From Macrostomum lignano (taxonomy: Eukaryota): a DNA stretch of 64,000 bases. The stretch covers positions 33,282 to 97,281 of the forward strand of contig NIVC01003443.1 of the NCBI GenBank assembly GCA_002269645.1, given 5' to 3'. Made by a program: the position numbers and the translations under genes. The notes beneath the pieces are model-generated. The model did no database searches. It worked only from the letters and a program-made list of their open reading frames with translations, and had not been told where the DNA came from. Shown in pieces: positions 50,546 through 63,817 of the stretch (position 1 is its first letter; each line of letters starts with the position of its first letter).

Positions 50546-51384
50546 CTTTGTATCGCTGTCATAAAGAGTCTATCTGTGGGCTCTCAGTCTATGTTTGTCA
50601 CTATTCAATTCAATTCCAACAATAGTTTAATGGCAAGAATTTGTTGACACAAGTGAAAATAAAAAGGACACAAAAGGTTAAAAGCTGCTTTTTCATCACT
50701 ATACTAAAAATGACTACATGAAATAATTTGAAAAAAGGCGTGTTTATCGAAATTTGGCTTAGATTTAACCAATTCCCAAAAGCAATCACATATGTACGAA
50801 CTGGAAGGTGTCGAAATAGAAGGAAAAACGACCTAGCTATTAGGAGAATTTCACGTTAAGACATGCAGAGGAATGCAGAGATGGCAGAGATGGAAAATCG
50901 GGGAGCGGACTGAATCCCAGAGACGATTTCACATAGCATAACACACCATCGTCTGGGCAGGAGCTCCTGCGATTTAATAACCCCCCCCCCACACACACAC
51001 ACACGCACACACAAACCCAGAAACACGTGAATACAAATTAAGCATGGCCTCAAAAAACACAAAGAACTAACAAAAAAGATCAACGCTATAAAAGCGCGGA
51101 ATCCGTCTCCAACAAGAATGCCTACTGTAGTCTATATATACACTTTATACCAACTCCCATCAATCAAAAAAGCGAGCGCCAGACGCCGCTCCCATCATCA
51201 ATTGCCCGGCCTGCCTGGGCGTGCCTGGAGGCTGAACTGAGAGGCCAGCCAGAATAGAAATGGCGCAGACACCTCGTGACCGAGGAAAACGCTACAAAAA
51301 GTCTAACCAAGTACGCGGTTGACCCCCCCCCCCCTGAAGAAGCCTGTTTTCAAGTGCAGCCTGGGACCATACTTCATACCAGAT

Positions 51385-51700
51385 TTGAATGGATTGCTAA
51401 CCTAGTCAGCATCACTGATGAAGGAGTAGAATGGATTGCTAATCTAGCCAACATCACTGATGAAGGAATAGAATGGATTGCTAATCTAGCCAGCATCACT
51501 GATGAAGGAATAGAATGGATTGCTAATCTAGCCAACATCACTGATGAAGGAATAGAATGGACTGCTAATCTAGCCAACATCACTGATGAAGGAATAGAAT
51601 GGATTGCTAATCTAGCCAACATCACTGATGAAGGAATAGAATGGATTGCTAATCTAGCCAACATCACTGATGAAGGAATAGAATGGATTGCTAATCGAGC
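51385..51700 (+). repeat. 39-bp minisatellite, copy B (inverted relative to 40456-40927)
   Basis: The same unit GAATGGATTGCTAATCTAGCCAACATCACTGATGAAGGAATA, about 8 copies. Confidence 0.95.
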
Positions 51701-51920
51701 CACCACAGATACAACATTATAAATAACCAGTGTAGTGATGGTCTTTAGTACTCGATACTAGCAGTACAAAATTTTGTATATTATTAAAAAGGCAAGCTTT
51801 AAGCCATATTTTCGAACAGACATGCTGTTGTTAATAAAGAATTACAATAAATCAAACAAATTTGCTATATTTTCAGCGTGGAACTGGGATAGAGACACAT
51901 ACACTCAGATACAGACAGAT

Positions 51921-51963
<43 letters not shown>

Positions 51964-52276
51964 TACACACAACACAAGGATCATTACCCAGCATATCAGT
52001 TTAATTCATGCACTGTAAATTGGGTTAACAGATTATTTTGTTCGGACAGACAGACAGACAGACATGATATTTAGCCACCAGTATACTTTTGCACTGCTAC
52101 AGTCTAGACAACTTTCATTATAATAGTTCTATTGTGTACTAGGCTACGCGAACAGGAATATCGAGGGTTCAAGAGTAACAGATTAGCATTTTATGCATTC
52201 ATAGCATTAATTTTCTGCAGGATAAATAACTTGTAGACAAATGTGATAAAAATATTCAATCGAGATACAAAAATTG

Positions 52277-53668
52277 GATCGAAGTGACCTGGGATCGAAG
52301 TGACCTGTGATCGAAGTGACCTGGGATCGAAGTGACCTGGGATTGAAGTGACCTGGGATCGAAGTGACCTGGAATCGAAGTGACCTGGGATCGAAATGAC
52401 CTGTGATCGAAGTGACCTGGGATCGAAGTGACCTGGGATTGAAGTGACCTGGGATTGAAGTGACCTGGGATTGAAGTGACCTGGAATCGAAGTGAGCTGG
52501 GATTGAAGTGACCTGGGATTGAAGTGACCTGGGATCGAAACGACCTGGAATCGAAGTGAGCTGGGATTGAAGTGACCTGGGATTGAAGTGACCTGGGATT
52601 GAAGTGACCTGGGATTGAAGTGACCTGGAATCGAAGTGACCTGGGATTGAAGTGACCTGGGATTGAAGTGACCTGGAATCGAAGTGAGCTGGGATTGAAG
52701 TGACCTGGGATTGAAGTGACCTGGGATTGAAGTGACCTGGGATTGAAGTGACCTGGGATTGAAGTGACCTGGGATTGAAGTGACCTGGAATCGAAGTGAG
52801 CTGGGATTGAAGTGACCTGGGATTGAAGTGACCTGGGATCGAAGTGACCTGGAATCGAAGTGAGCTGGGATTGAAGTGAGCTGGGATCGAAGTGACCTGG
52901 GATCGAAGTGACCTGGGATTGAAGTGACCTGGGATCGAAGTGACCTGGGATCGAAGTGACCTGGGATTGAAGTGACCTGGAATCGAAGTGACCTGGGATT
53001 GAAGTGACCTGGGATTGAAGTGACGTGGAATCGAAGTGACCTGGGATTGAAGTGACCTGGGATTGAAGTGACCTGGGATTGAAGTGACCTGGGATCGAAG
53101 TGACCTGGAATCGAAGTGAGCTGGGATTGAAGTGAGCTGGGATCGAAGTGACCTGGGATCGAAGTGACCTGGGATCGAAGTGACCTGGGATTGAAGTGAC
53201 CTGGGATCGAAGTGACCTGGGATCGAAGTGACCTGGGATTGAAGTGACCTGGAATCGAAGTGACCTGGGATTGAAGTGACCTGGGATTGAAGTGACCTGG
53301 AATCGAAGTGACCTGGGATTGAAGTGACCTGGAATCGAAGTGACCTGGGATTGAAGTGACCTGGGATTGAAGTGACCTGGGATTGAAGTGACCTGGGATT
53401 GAAGTGACCTGGGATTGAAGTGACCTGGGATCGAAGTGACCTGGGATCGAAGTGACCTGGGATTGAAAAAAATCATTGAAGTGACCTGGGATTGAAAAAA
53501 ATCATTGAAGTGACCTGGGATCGAAGTGACCTGGGATTAAAAAAAACATTGAAGTGACCTGGGATTAAAGTGACCTATGATCGAAGTGACCTGGAATTGA
53601 AGTGACCTAGGGATTGAACTGAAGTGTCTAGGGTTGAAGTGACCCAAGATTTAAGTGACCTAGGATTT
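52277..53668. repeat. 16-bp satellite
   Basis: GAT(T/C)GAAGTGACCTGG, more than 80 copies. Confidence 0.96.
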
Positions 53669-56600
53669 CAAGTCATATATGCCTTAAAATTCCCAAAAAC
53701 TAAATTATTTGAAAACATGTGCAACATAGGACCCTAATAGTAGTAACCAATGAACATTTCTTTCAAAAAAGTAATTACAATAGGCAACAAAGTCATGAAA
53801 ATATATTTTGAAAAAATAAAAGTTGTTTATATGTCTAATGAGAATAGTTCATGAAATTATTTTAATATTTACTAAAATGCCAAGCCTCTTTAACTTTATA
53901 CAACCAAAATGATTTAAGACAAAAAGCCTTCATAGAAAAGGTTAACTAAATGCAATTATATTCCTAAGACAAATGAAATATTTGTTTGCACACTTCCAAC
54001 TTAATATGTATATAAACTTTTATAATCATATGAAATATTTATTAAAGCTTCAGATATTCCATAGGAAAAAATCATTAAAACTCTACTTTAAATAGCAATA
54101 GGCCTAGTAATAAGCAAAAGGCAAACATCAAGTCAAAGATAGTTTAAATATCAAATTAAAATAGATTGTAGCCTTTAGAAACTATTATAAGGCAGGTATA
54201 TGCTAGAACAAAATGGTCTTGCAAACTGCTAAGATGCACAAGATTGATTATATATTTTGGGGGTCACGCAATACTGACAACTCTATCTTATATATCTAAT
54301 AAGATATACATTGCAATGCATTACTAAATATACACAATAATACTCAGTTAAAGAAGTAATATATATTTCATATTATGATTATATTTCATATTTCATATTA
54401 ATATTGACAATAATGTTTATTCTAACATTATTTGCAACATAATAAAATTGCAAAAATATGGCTGTTTTTGGTCCAGGCAAAGTAGGTAAATACCATGGCT
54501 TTTTGGTCTTAGAATTATATCCTTAAGTCTATAGTTAAAGTAAAAAATATATCCTTATATAGCTATAGCCCTATTTTTATCATTTTAGATATTATAAATA
54601 TTAAGTCTCTAAGTATAGAATTAGAAAAAAGACATATTCCAGGCATATTCCTAAATGTTAAATATAGAGTTTAAGATATAGTGCCATAGGCCTATCTCTA
54701 AGTTTGACAATAACTTTACTATCAATATACTTAGCTTGTTATATAGGCTTTGGCTTAGTATAAAGTACCTATATAAAACTTAATAGCCTTTTTTCTACTT
54801 TTCTCTCTTCTGTACCTATTTTACTATTTGCCATAGGTTTTTAAAGCCCCACTTTTCAGGCTTTGCCTGAAAGCTAATTTTTTTAGCTAGATTTTTTGTA
54901 TAATTTAGTCAATACTTTGCTTAAATATTTGCAACAAAACATTCTCTACCTTGTTATTGCTGTGTTTTGACTACCATTTGTATTTTGCTTTCAGTCCTAG
55001 TTGGTGGGGTTGTAGGCCAACATAATTGATTTTTTATACTAGGCCTATCAATGACAGTGTCCTGTTCTTGCTATGGGCCATTCCATATAACTTAGACAAA
55101 AAAGGCAATTTTTTTATTTTGCGTTTTCAAATATGTTTTTAATAAAAGTAAATAAATTATAAAGTAAATATTACAATTGTGACATTTAAAACAAATGAAA
55201 TATTATTGGAATGTTTATTAATGTAATAGTATATAAACTTTTTCTATTCATATTGGAATTTTTGTACTTTTTTTAACTTTGCATCTCTAAGTAAATCATT
55301 GTAAATCAAGTAAATTCAAGAAAACAATTAAGCCCATTCAACTTTTTCATTTTCTATTGTTACACCATTACAATCATTTTGCCTTCAATTATTTGTTTTT
55401 TATCACTTGCACTCATAAAATGGTCATTTTCCAGTATAATATAGGCCTACACATTTTTCTTTAAGATAGGCAAAAAATTGAATTATATGGAATGACTCCT
55501 ATGCATCAAAATTGCATCTAGTATTCTGCATTAAAACATATTGATAGCAAGATTTAGGTGAAAATAATAAAAGTATAATAAAAATACGAGGGAAATATCT
55601 TTTAGAAAAAAATCGATTTCTTATCTTATCACATCACTGTTGAAATATTAATATACAGTATACACATTTTAGATTAATCTGCTTCTTCTATGGGTATGGT
55701 ATAAGCGTAAAAAAATATGAGGTACACTAGTATGCAATCTCAAAACTCCCAGCTCAACTCACAAGTTATAAATTGAAATAAAGGTGAGAAAACATGTTTC
55801 TACACTTGAATGTAGTGCGTATACGCCCTACGCCCTACGAGCATAAGGCAATTTTTTACATTTGTTTTCTTTTTTGCCAAAATTCTTATCTAACTTTCTT
55901 TGAAAGAACCGACTTTAAAACCGTGCGCAATTTTCACTTCGTGAAAGAAGATTATTCGAATCTTTTTCAAAAGCAAAAAGGTTAACGTCTTATGTTTTCA
56001 TTTAGGGTCAAGAATCAGATAAATTTGAAAATGATGCGTTTCCGGCTCCTCAAAATGGAGAAACGTACGAAAACTTATGAAAATGTTTTAAATTAAAACT
56101 CACCACAGCTATTTTTGATATTTGGTACAAATACGAATTGTAGGTCACGTCTTTATATTACAAACATATTCTTGTCATTTTTCCTCTCAATGTGGGATAG
56201 GGTGCATAGTCCCAGAAAATTATAGGCTGTAAAATAAAAAATCTTAACTTGGATCATGTGGTTCTAGATCGTCATCTCTTCTATGAGCTTTTCAGAAAAA
56301 CGGTACATATTCTACTATATAAAGCTGCGGTTTGCGCTATGCTTGCCTTGAGCAAACCGGCTTTTTATAGTGACCAAGCACGCTCATTCTGTACGCCCCC
56401 GCCGCGTGTGTACGGCAGCTCGGGTAGGTTTGGTGAACACCCACCCCTCCGCCGGCGGGGGCATTTTATTCTTGCAACCGCGCTGCTGGGCACTTGGCAG
56501 GCAGTGTGTTTTTGCGCAGTTCTTTTTTTCTTCTTTTATCCTTATTTTAAATGCCTCACAATAAGAAATATAATGCAATACAATCGAGGTCTCGCTGCAG

Positions 56601-58085
56601 CCTAATTGCTTTTTCCAAACGTCGCGTTTTTTATTGCTTGAGAGCATTATAGCTTAGATGTACTAGTACATGTATATATATATTAATACTGTAATACATG
56701 CATTCTATTAGCCAATTAGCTCGAGCTCAGTAGTATATAAATTTCCCGAGCCGATTTCGAATCGGCAATATTTTCAATTTTACTACGGTTACATTTTTGA
56801 TCCTTCCAAAATGTATTCCAAAATATATCCAATGTATCCAAAATGTTAAATGCAATTGTATTCATGTATCAATCAAGAGCGACGATATCTCATTTCGCGA
56901 CGTAGGCACGGGTACGCGAATACTTTACTTCATGTACATTTACGACTGTGTAATGCCTCTTTTTATTCTTTTTTACTCGAAAATCTAACTGTCTATGCCA
57001 TTTTAAATCTGCGCATTTGAAAGAAAAACTTTTTGTTTAAGTACTCGTATTTCTCAAAATATTTTTGCAATTTAATTTTTGTTTTGAACAAACTGCACTG
57101 AAATTTTAGTAAATAGACGCGATTTTGGGCGAGGAGAAGATAACTCGACTAGTTTCGAGCTTCGAAACAGCCTTCAGCCTTTACTAGCTAGTTGAGAAAA
57201 TCTATTACGAATTCCGAGTAAATAATTAAGAAGTGATTCCGACAGTATAATTTTCCGAGAGTGAAGTATCCTGTAAATACTACTGATTAATTAAAAGACG
57301 AAGTAGATCTCAAAGCAGACTTATAGAATACCGGAGGCCGTGACCCTGATCTAATCTCGGGAGCGCCCAGAACTGGAAAGATCATACATGCAGTACATAT
57401 ACCAGTAGAGACATGTACATGTACATACCGCTCAGGCAATACGCTACCAGAACTAAGTAAGAACGCTACCAGTACAGAGAGAAGACGCTACGCAGTAAGA
57501 AGAAAGGAATACGCAAATATATATCTCAGCTCAATACTCAGACAGATACTCAGACAATTACTCATATATATACTAAGAATAATTCACAGACCGATTCTAA
57601 GAAAGTATAGAATTAACCCTACGACAACTTAGTGACAGTATAGTGAGACTATTAATTTAGAGGGTAGAACTTTCCCCTTAAACAACTTTGGTGGCATCAA
57701 AGAGATTAAATTAAAGGCAGCTGCTCTTAATTAGCTCTTAATTCTAGTATCAGCAGTTAAGGATTATTAAAGACAGGGGAAACAGTCCCGTCACACGACC
57801 TAGTTGTAAATGTACATGCAGATAGCCAAAGACGTGTTATTATAAGGGTATTGCGGTGTTTCCGGAAATTCTTTGTCTCTTTTTGTTTCTTTGTCTGCTG
57901 ATCGTGGATTCTCAAGCGTCGAAGTGAGAGTTTCAGATCAGGCTAATCGGGTGATGAATTAAGTTCCACTTACATAGATAGCTTTACATGTATATTTTAA
58001 TAATTTCGGAAATTTCCCTCTCGTCCTTGAGTCTTTCTGGTGCAGTCCACATGCCGTGCTTCATTTGTACACTTACGCCAGGGGT

Positions 58086-58444
58086 TTTTTTTTAGAGGCA
58101 GGGGGGTTGTGTGCACCCTGGCGCACTTTAAGCGACATAGGCACACAACCGGCGAGAGGCATTACTGCCCATTCCGCCGACTCCCCTGAGCAGGCATACA
58201 AGCGCGCGGATACGTACGCAGGCACACACTCACACAGGAGTGTACAGCGGCCCTAATTTTATATTATCGTTAGGCATGTACACTTCACTGCGCCTTGGGG
58301 GGTTGGCTCTCAAGGCCGTTAATTGCACGAGCAGAGCCAAGCCGAGATTCCAATTCAGCCCCAAATTAATGTGACTGCACTTGGAATCGAGCCTGGGTCG
58401 CTGGCACACCAGAGCAGCTGCGCTACCGCTGAGCTACGCCCCCC
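58086..58444 (-). mobile_element. Full-length tRNA-derived SINE with poly(A) tail and 13-14-bp TSD
   Basis: The minus-strand head is GGGGGCGTAGCTCAGCGGTAGCGC...CCAGGCTCGATTCC (A and B boxes), with an A-tail at 58085-58093. CTTACGCCAGGGG is duplicated at 58072-58084 and 58445-58457. Confidence 0.82.
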
Positions 58445-58953
58445 CTTACGCCAGGGGTGCTCAAATATGTTTCCAAACAAGTACTCGTAATTGAAGAATT
58501 GCTCTAGAGTCACACTTAAAATTCGCGTATGCATAAGAAGTATGATGCATACAAAGGGGGGTTGTGTGTTACGATAATATATTGTAATTGCATATGCAAT
58601 ACTGTGTATCGCAAGATGAAGAACCGTGAAAATTAATATGAAATATACTATACAAGCAGAGCACAACATTAAGAAAAAATGTCGTCGATTAATGCACAGG
58701 CTATGGTATACATGTACATGTAACACGTCTGCCGAATATACCTAATGTACACCGTGGTTTTATAGTATTATGCGTATTTAGTCGTAGATAAGTAATACAT
58801 CCAAAATGACTTTGACTATTTCTCGATAGCCAAATTTCTAGAATACAGTAATAATACGCTGTAAACACATTTCATTTGAAATGCAATAACTGCTAGAATG
58901 ATCGGCTGGAACTTTGCGATTGCAATCACAGCAGCTTTTCCTGCTCTGTGCGC

Positions 58954-61211
58954 TTACTTTGCTGTTGTCTTGGCGGCGCTACAGCTAGTGGACGTCCAGC
59001 CGCCGCAGTAGAGAGGAGTGAAACGGTTCCTGCCGGTGGAAGCTGTCAAATCGACTGGCGACGACGTCTTCTGCCAGCACGGCATCTGGGCTTTCCGTTG
59101 GCCGTTGTAGTCGTCGCTGAACAGTTTTTTCTTGTGAATTCGACGATCTGAATTTGTGGAATGCTGTGGCCGATGCTGGCTCTGTTCTTTGCCTGGCCGC
59201 ACTATGCTCGAATTGCACTGCATTTCGACAGCTTGCTGCTGCAGTGGGGAATTCGGATGGTTTAATTCGATAATCTTCTCGGGTTCTTGCAAACTTTGCC
59301 GCGCAATTTCACCATTGTTGGTATTTTGCAGAGTCACCTGAAGTAGCTGACTTTGCTGAGTCTGATGCATATTCTGCTCAAGAAATGGACTCCGTTGAGT
59401 TGGATATTCGTTCTGTTGAAGCACTGGACTCTGTTGAGTTGGATATTCGTTCTGTTGCAGCACTGGACTCTGTTGAGTTGGATATTCGTTCTGTTGAAGC
59501 ACTGGACTCTGTTGAGTTGGATATCCGTTCTGTTGAAGCACTGGACTCCGTTGAGTTGGATATTCGTTCTGTTGAAGCACTGGACTCTGTTGAGTTGGAT
59601 ATCCGTTCTGTTGAAGCACTGGACTCCGTTGAGTTGGATATCCGTTCTGTTGAAGAACCAGATTCTGCTGAGTTGGGTGTACGTTCTGTTGAAACATAGG
59701 ACTTTTCTGCGTCTGTTGAAAAGTTTGTTGAAGAATTTGACTTTGTTTAGGGTGTTGCAGGTTTTGCTGAAGCACACATGTATGACTCTGTTCGGGTTGC
59801 AAGCTTTCCTGATAGACCTGACTCTTCTCGGGCTGTTGCAGAATTTGGTTATTTAGATGACCTTGATAGAGTCTTTGTAGATTGGCCTGATGTGTTTGAA
59901 CTTGCAGAAGTGGCTGAAGATTGCTGTTCTGAAGTGTGAGATTTGGCTGAAGCAGTTCATTTTGCTGGGGTTGAGCATACACATATTTCTGAATCATTCG
60001 ACCCTGCTGTTGCTGCTGCAGATTCTCCTGAAGCAGTTGGATTTGCCTTTGTTGTTGCAAATACTTCTGAAGCAGCTCAACCTGCTGTCTTTGCTCCAGA
60101 TTCCTTTGATGAAGCTGGCTCTGTTGGAGTCGTTGCAGGTTCTTCTGAAGCAACTTGATTTCCTTTTTTTGCTGCAGATTATTTTGATGCAACTGGCTCT
60201 GCTGCAATTGTTTCAAATGCTTTTCAAGCTGACTCTGTTGCTTTTGCTGCAGATTCCTCTGTTGTAACTGGCTCTGCTGAAGCTGTTGCATATTTTTCTG
60301 AAGCAGCTGGATCTGCTTTTGATGCTGCAAAATCTTCAGGTGCAACTTGCTCTCTTGTTCGTACTGCAAATTCAGGTTATTTTTAACAAACTGGATCTGC
60401 TTTTGTTGCCGACTTTTCTTCCTTGATTGGTTTTGTTGAAGTTGTTGCAGAACTTTCTGATTTAGCTCCAGCCGCTGCAGTTTTTCCAGATACTTCTTCC
60501 GTTTATCTCTAATAAGCAACGCTTCATTTCGATTTTGCTCCGTTGGAACTGATGAATTTGTTGGCTCCGATGAGCGCCGCGGGATAACGTAGGTCGCGCT
60601 GTCCAGAACTCGACGGCTGACGCAGAAATCGTTGTCGCTTGCCTCGCACGAACTCGAATCTTCGTTGTCGCTAATTCCCCATGCGTTGCTTTGGTTTAGT
60701 TCATCAATGTTATCATTAAATATGCCTTCAAAGCCCCAATCAAACAGCTGCCCATCGGTGTCGGCCTTGAGCTTGCGCTCAATCTTACTGATGGTGCTCA
60801 TTCGGAAACTTTCACCACCACCGCCGCCTTCGCCGCCTTCGCCACCTTCGCCACCTCCACCATCAATGTTAGTCATTTTGATACTTTCGCCACTGCGGCC
60901 GCCATCAACGCCACCGCCGTCGCCTCCATCGATGTCATTGACAAGAGGAGTATCTTCGCCACTCTCAACAGGTTCTTCCTCGCCACCATCGTCACCACCA
61001 TAGACCTCGATGTAGCCCTCGCCACCCGGGTCGGCTTCGTGAACTGCTCCGATGCCCGATCGCAGATGATTTTCCACAGCTCTCTGCGGTATTGCAGCTT
61101 GCATTCGTTGATTTGGGATCGCAATGGCTCCAGGTCGATGCCAAGGTCTATGACTGAACCGAGCACGGCCGGTGTGGGCGCGCAGAAAGTCGTGTCGTTT
61201 TCGTCAGGCAT
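58954..61211 (-). CDS. Gln-rich intronless protein, paralog A (one frameshift near 61050)
   Basis: ATG at 61211 gives MPDENDTTFCAPTPAVLGSVIDLGIDLEPLRSQINECKLQYRRELWKIICD. After a frameshift come G/E-rich and Q-rich regions, 13-aa QQNEYPTQQSPVL repeats (39 bp, about 59370-59690) and a C-terminal FTPLYCGGW. Confidence 0.68.
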
Positions 61212-62507
61212 CCTTAGACTTCTCTGCGTAAATCGGTTCATTTTGAGTCCTTGTTCAATTAAAAATCATGGATGCTCCTTAATATCAAAAGATTTTAAAT
61301 AAAACCTCTTGAAGGATTTTGCATTCGATGTGCATTTTAAACTGCCATAGACAGCCAAACTATGGGGACATTAGTAGTAATATCTTGGGTTAAAAATAGC
61401 TTATACTCAAATCGGAGCAGGATACAGTGGCTCGGTGGAAACGCGTCCGACGAGTACAAAAACAAAACTTTGAACGGGGAATCATGTGCCGCTAATTATA
61501 CTGTAGGGTCCACCTATAAGGGCCGGGCAAGCAGCGGTATGCTCTCGGGCTTGCAAACGTCGGGGAGAACCGGTTTTGGCCCGAGGTGAGTGAGCCTGAA
61601 GACTGGGCAGGGGCAGATAAAGTGCTCATGGTTTTCACTGCCTGCGCGACAAAAAGGGGCACCGCTCCTCAGGTACCTGGTCCTAAAGGAAACGGTGGCA
61701 AGCAAAGCAGCCATGGCCGGGGAGGGCCACGCGCCATGCTGACTGCTCTAAGATCCCTGCGGGTTGAGCCAAAGGCGACAGGGGACGGCAGCGAGGGATT
61801 GTCTGCAATTGGGATTTGATCACCGAGATGGGGATGGGGCCTCTGGGCCCGGCCTGAGAAGCGCGCTGGCGGAGCAGGTCCGGGATCTATTTGAGCTGCA
61901 CCTCATTGCCCAGCGCGAGCCCATTGAGCTGGGCGTTGCAGTCCAGGACAGATTTGGAGCTGGTAGTACTATGGCAGAGAGCCTGAAGGGCTGCTTGGCT
62001 GTCGGACTGAAAATAGTATGGGACCATATGTACACGCGTGTGCTTTTTCAAGTTTCAGTGCGAATGCAAAGTAAAATCCGTCAATTGCAAAAAATGACGA
62101 ATACGAGCGTACTGTACAACCTTTGGCCCAGTTCTACTCTTCTCAATGAATCATATTGTTCTTGCTCATTCTAATAATTCGTTAATGCCAATTGTATAAA
62201 CGTAAAGAAGTGGACTGCATTGACAATTATTCATGCCTTGTACTTGAGTATAGGCTGCAGAATACGGGTCAACCTTTCTCATTCGATTGTACCGAGGAAG
62301 GTTATTACACTTCTATTGTACAGGCATTTAATTAGACAGCATACGGAGGGGCTTTAAAAATAAAAAATTATTAACATACGTTTAGTTGCGTAGGAGGATA
62401 TTTAAAACCGACACAAACTCGAATTGTTGCGTTGTTCAAAAAATTAGCCATGAAATATTTGTATGTAGTTAGCCTGGACAGTGTTGAGTAGCTTACTGAC
62501 GAGTTCG

Positions 62508-63817
62508 TTACCGTTCCGTATCGGAGTTCTTGTGCCGCTTCTTCTTGGCTATGCACGTGGCAGATTTGTTCCAGTCGCCGCACTTCATTGGAACAAAAGA
62601 GTGACTACCTATGTGGCGCCGCGCCGGCGCACTTCCTGCTTCGCTCTTCAGTGATTCGTCGACAGCTGTTGTGCTGTGCGGAGAGGAGCAGCTGCTGCTG
62701 CTGCTGCTGGATGTGCTGGACAAGTTGTAGTCATGCAGGTGAGACATTCGCCGGCTCAGGTACGCCAGCCGTGGATTGACTGGATGCGACTGCTGCGTAC
62801 CTGCTTCGAACGGGTTTTCTGCACAATACCGCTGCATTGGATAGGCGGACCTGGGCTCTAGATACGACTTCTGCTGAGATAGGAAATCTCGCTGTTGTTG
62901 TTGAAGAAGAAAATTACTTTGGATATTGACCGGTGGATAGTATTGCCGTTGAATGTGAGGTTCTGCTTCTCTGCATAAGACTGCGGCTCAAATTGCTGAT
63001 GCAACTGTTGTGGCTTGTGTCGCGATTTAGCCGGTCGTGGATGCTTGGAATGGGGCAGACGGTGCAGAGGAGGCTGCACCTGAGCTTCAGGATACAGCAG
63101 CTGTTGCGCTTGCATTGCGTTTGGAGGACCTGGCGGGGGGATTTTTGCGGAATAAACTGCTGCTGCTGACCTGCAGCCTGGGGTTGGTAACCGGACTGCT
63201 GTTGCGACCGTTGGTTTGGCCCCGGTTCCGCAAAACTCGTTGCACCTTGTTGCATCATCATCTGCGCCTGTTGAGTCAGAAGCGTCTCAGCTAGAGTTGC
63301 TGAGTTTGGTGACGAAGTCTGCGAATAGGCCAGGACTGGGCTGCTGCACTGTTGGACTCCTTGGCTTTTGCGATTGCGCCATCTGGCGTTGCTGCCGCCT
63401 TTGCAAACTGCACCAGAGTTCGATGCTGAAGTACCAAATCTTCTGCTTCTGGCGTTGCTCTGGTTTTCATCGTCGCCTTCCTCAGCTGGCTGCTCCTCGC
63501 CGCTGCCACCGCCGCCGCCAATACCACCACCGCCGCCGCCGCCGTTACCACCGCACTGCTGCCGCCACCGCCACGGACGCCGCCGCCGTTGCCACCGCCA
63601 CTGCCGCCGCCGCCGCCGCCATCGCCTCCACCACCGCCGCCACTATCGCTACCCTGAATACCCTGATCGCAGATGATGTTCCACAATTCCTTGTGGTAGC
63701 GCAGCTTGCAAGCTTGAATCCGATCGCGAGCTGGGCCAGGTCGACGCCAATGGTCGATTATGCTGCCGAACAAACCGAAGCAGGGGTGCAGAAGACCGTG
63801 TACTTTTTACCGGACAT
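62508..63817 (-). pseudogene. Gln-rich paralog B with multiple frameshifts (pseudogene or assembly errors)
   Basis: ATG at 63817 gives MSGKKYTVFCTPAS...GSIID...CKLRYHKELWNIICD, followed by poly-Gly, Q-rich segments and a C-terminal FVPMKCGDW. It is homologous to paralog A. Confidence 0.6.

Noticed and set aside
31778-53476. Long ORFs over tandem arrays (for example 31778-32705, 33742-34293, 34594-35418, 39276-40034, 52256-53476, and 19797-20585 earlier)
   Set aside because: They stay open only because the repeat unit lacks stops. Several lie in introns of identified genes.
57270-57975. Possible LTR or TRIM element (TGT...ACA segment, PBS-like TGGTGGCA at about 57690, purine tract)
   Set aside because: I could not find two similar LTR copies or a TSD.
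58370-58444. Functional tRNA gene
   Set aside because: The B box is degenerate (GGCTCGA), there is no complete acceptor stem, and the sequence is embedded in a poly(A)-tailed, TSD-flanked SINE.
61586-62174. GC-rich plus-strand ORFs between the Q-rich paralogs
   Set aside because: They have no ATG start, no recognisable domain and no convincing splice structure.
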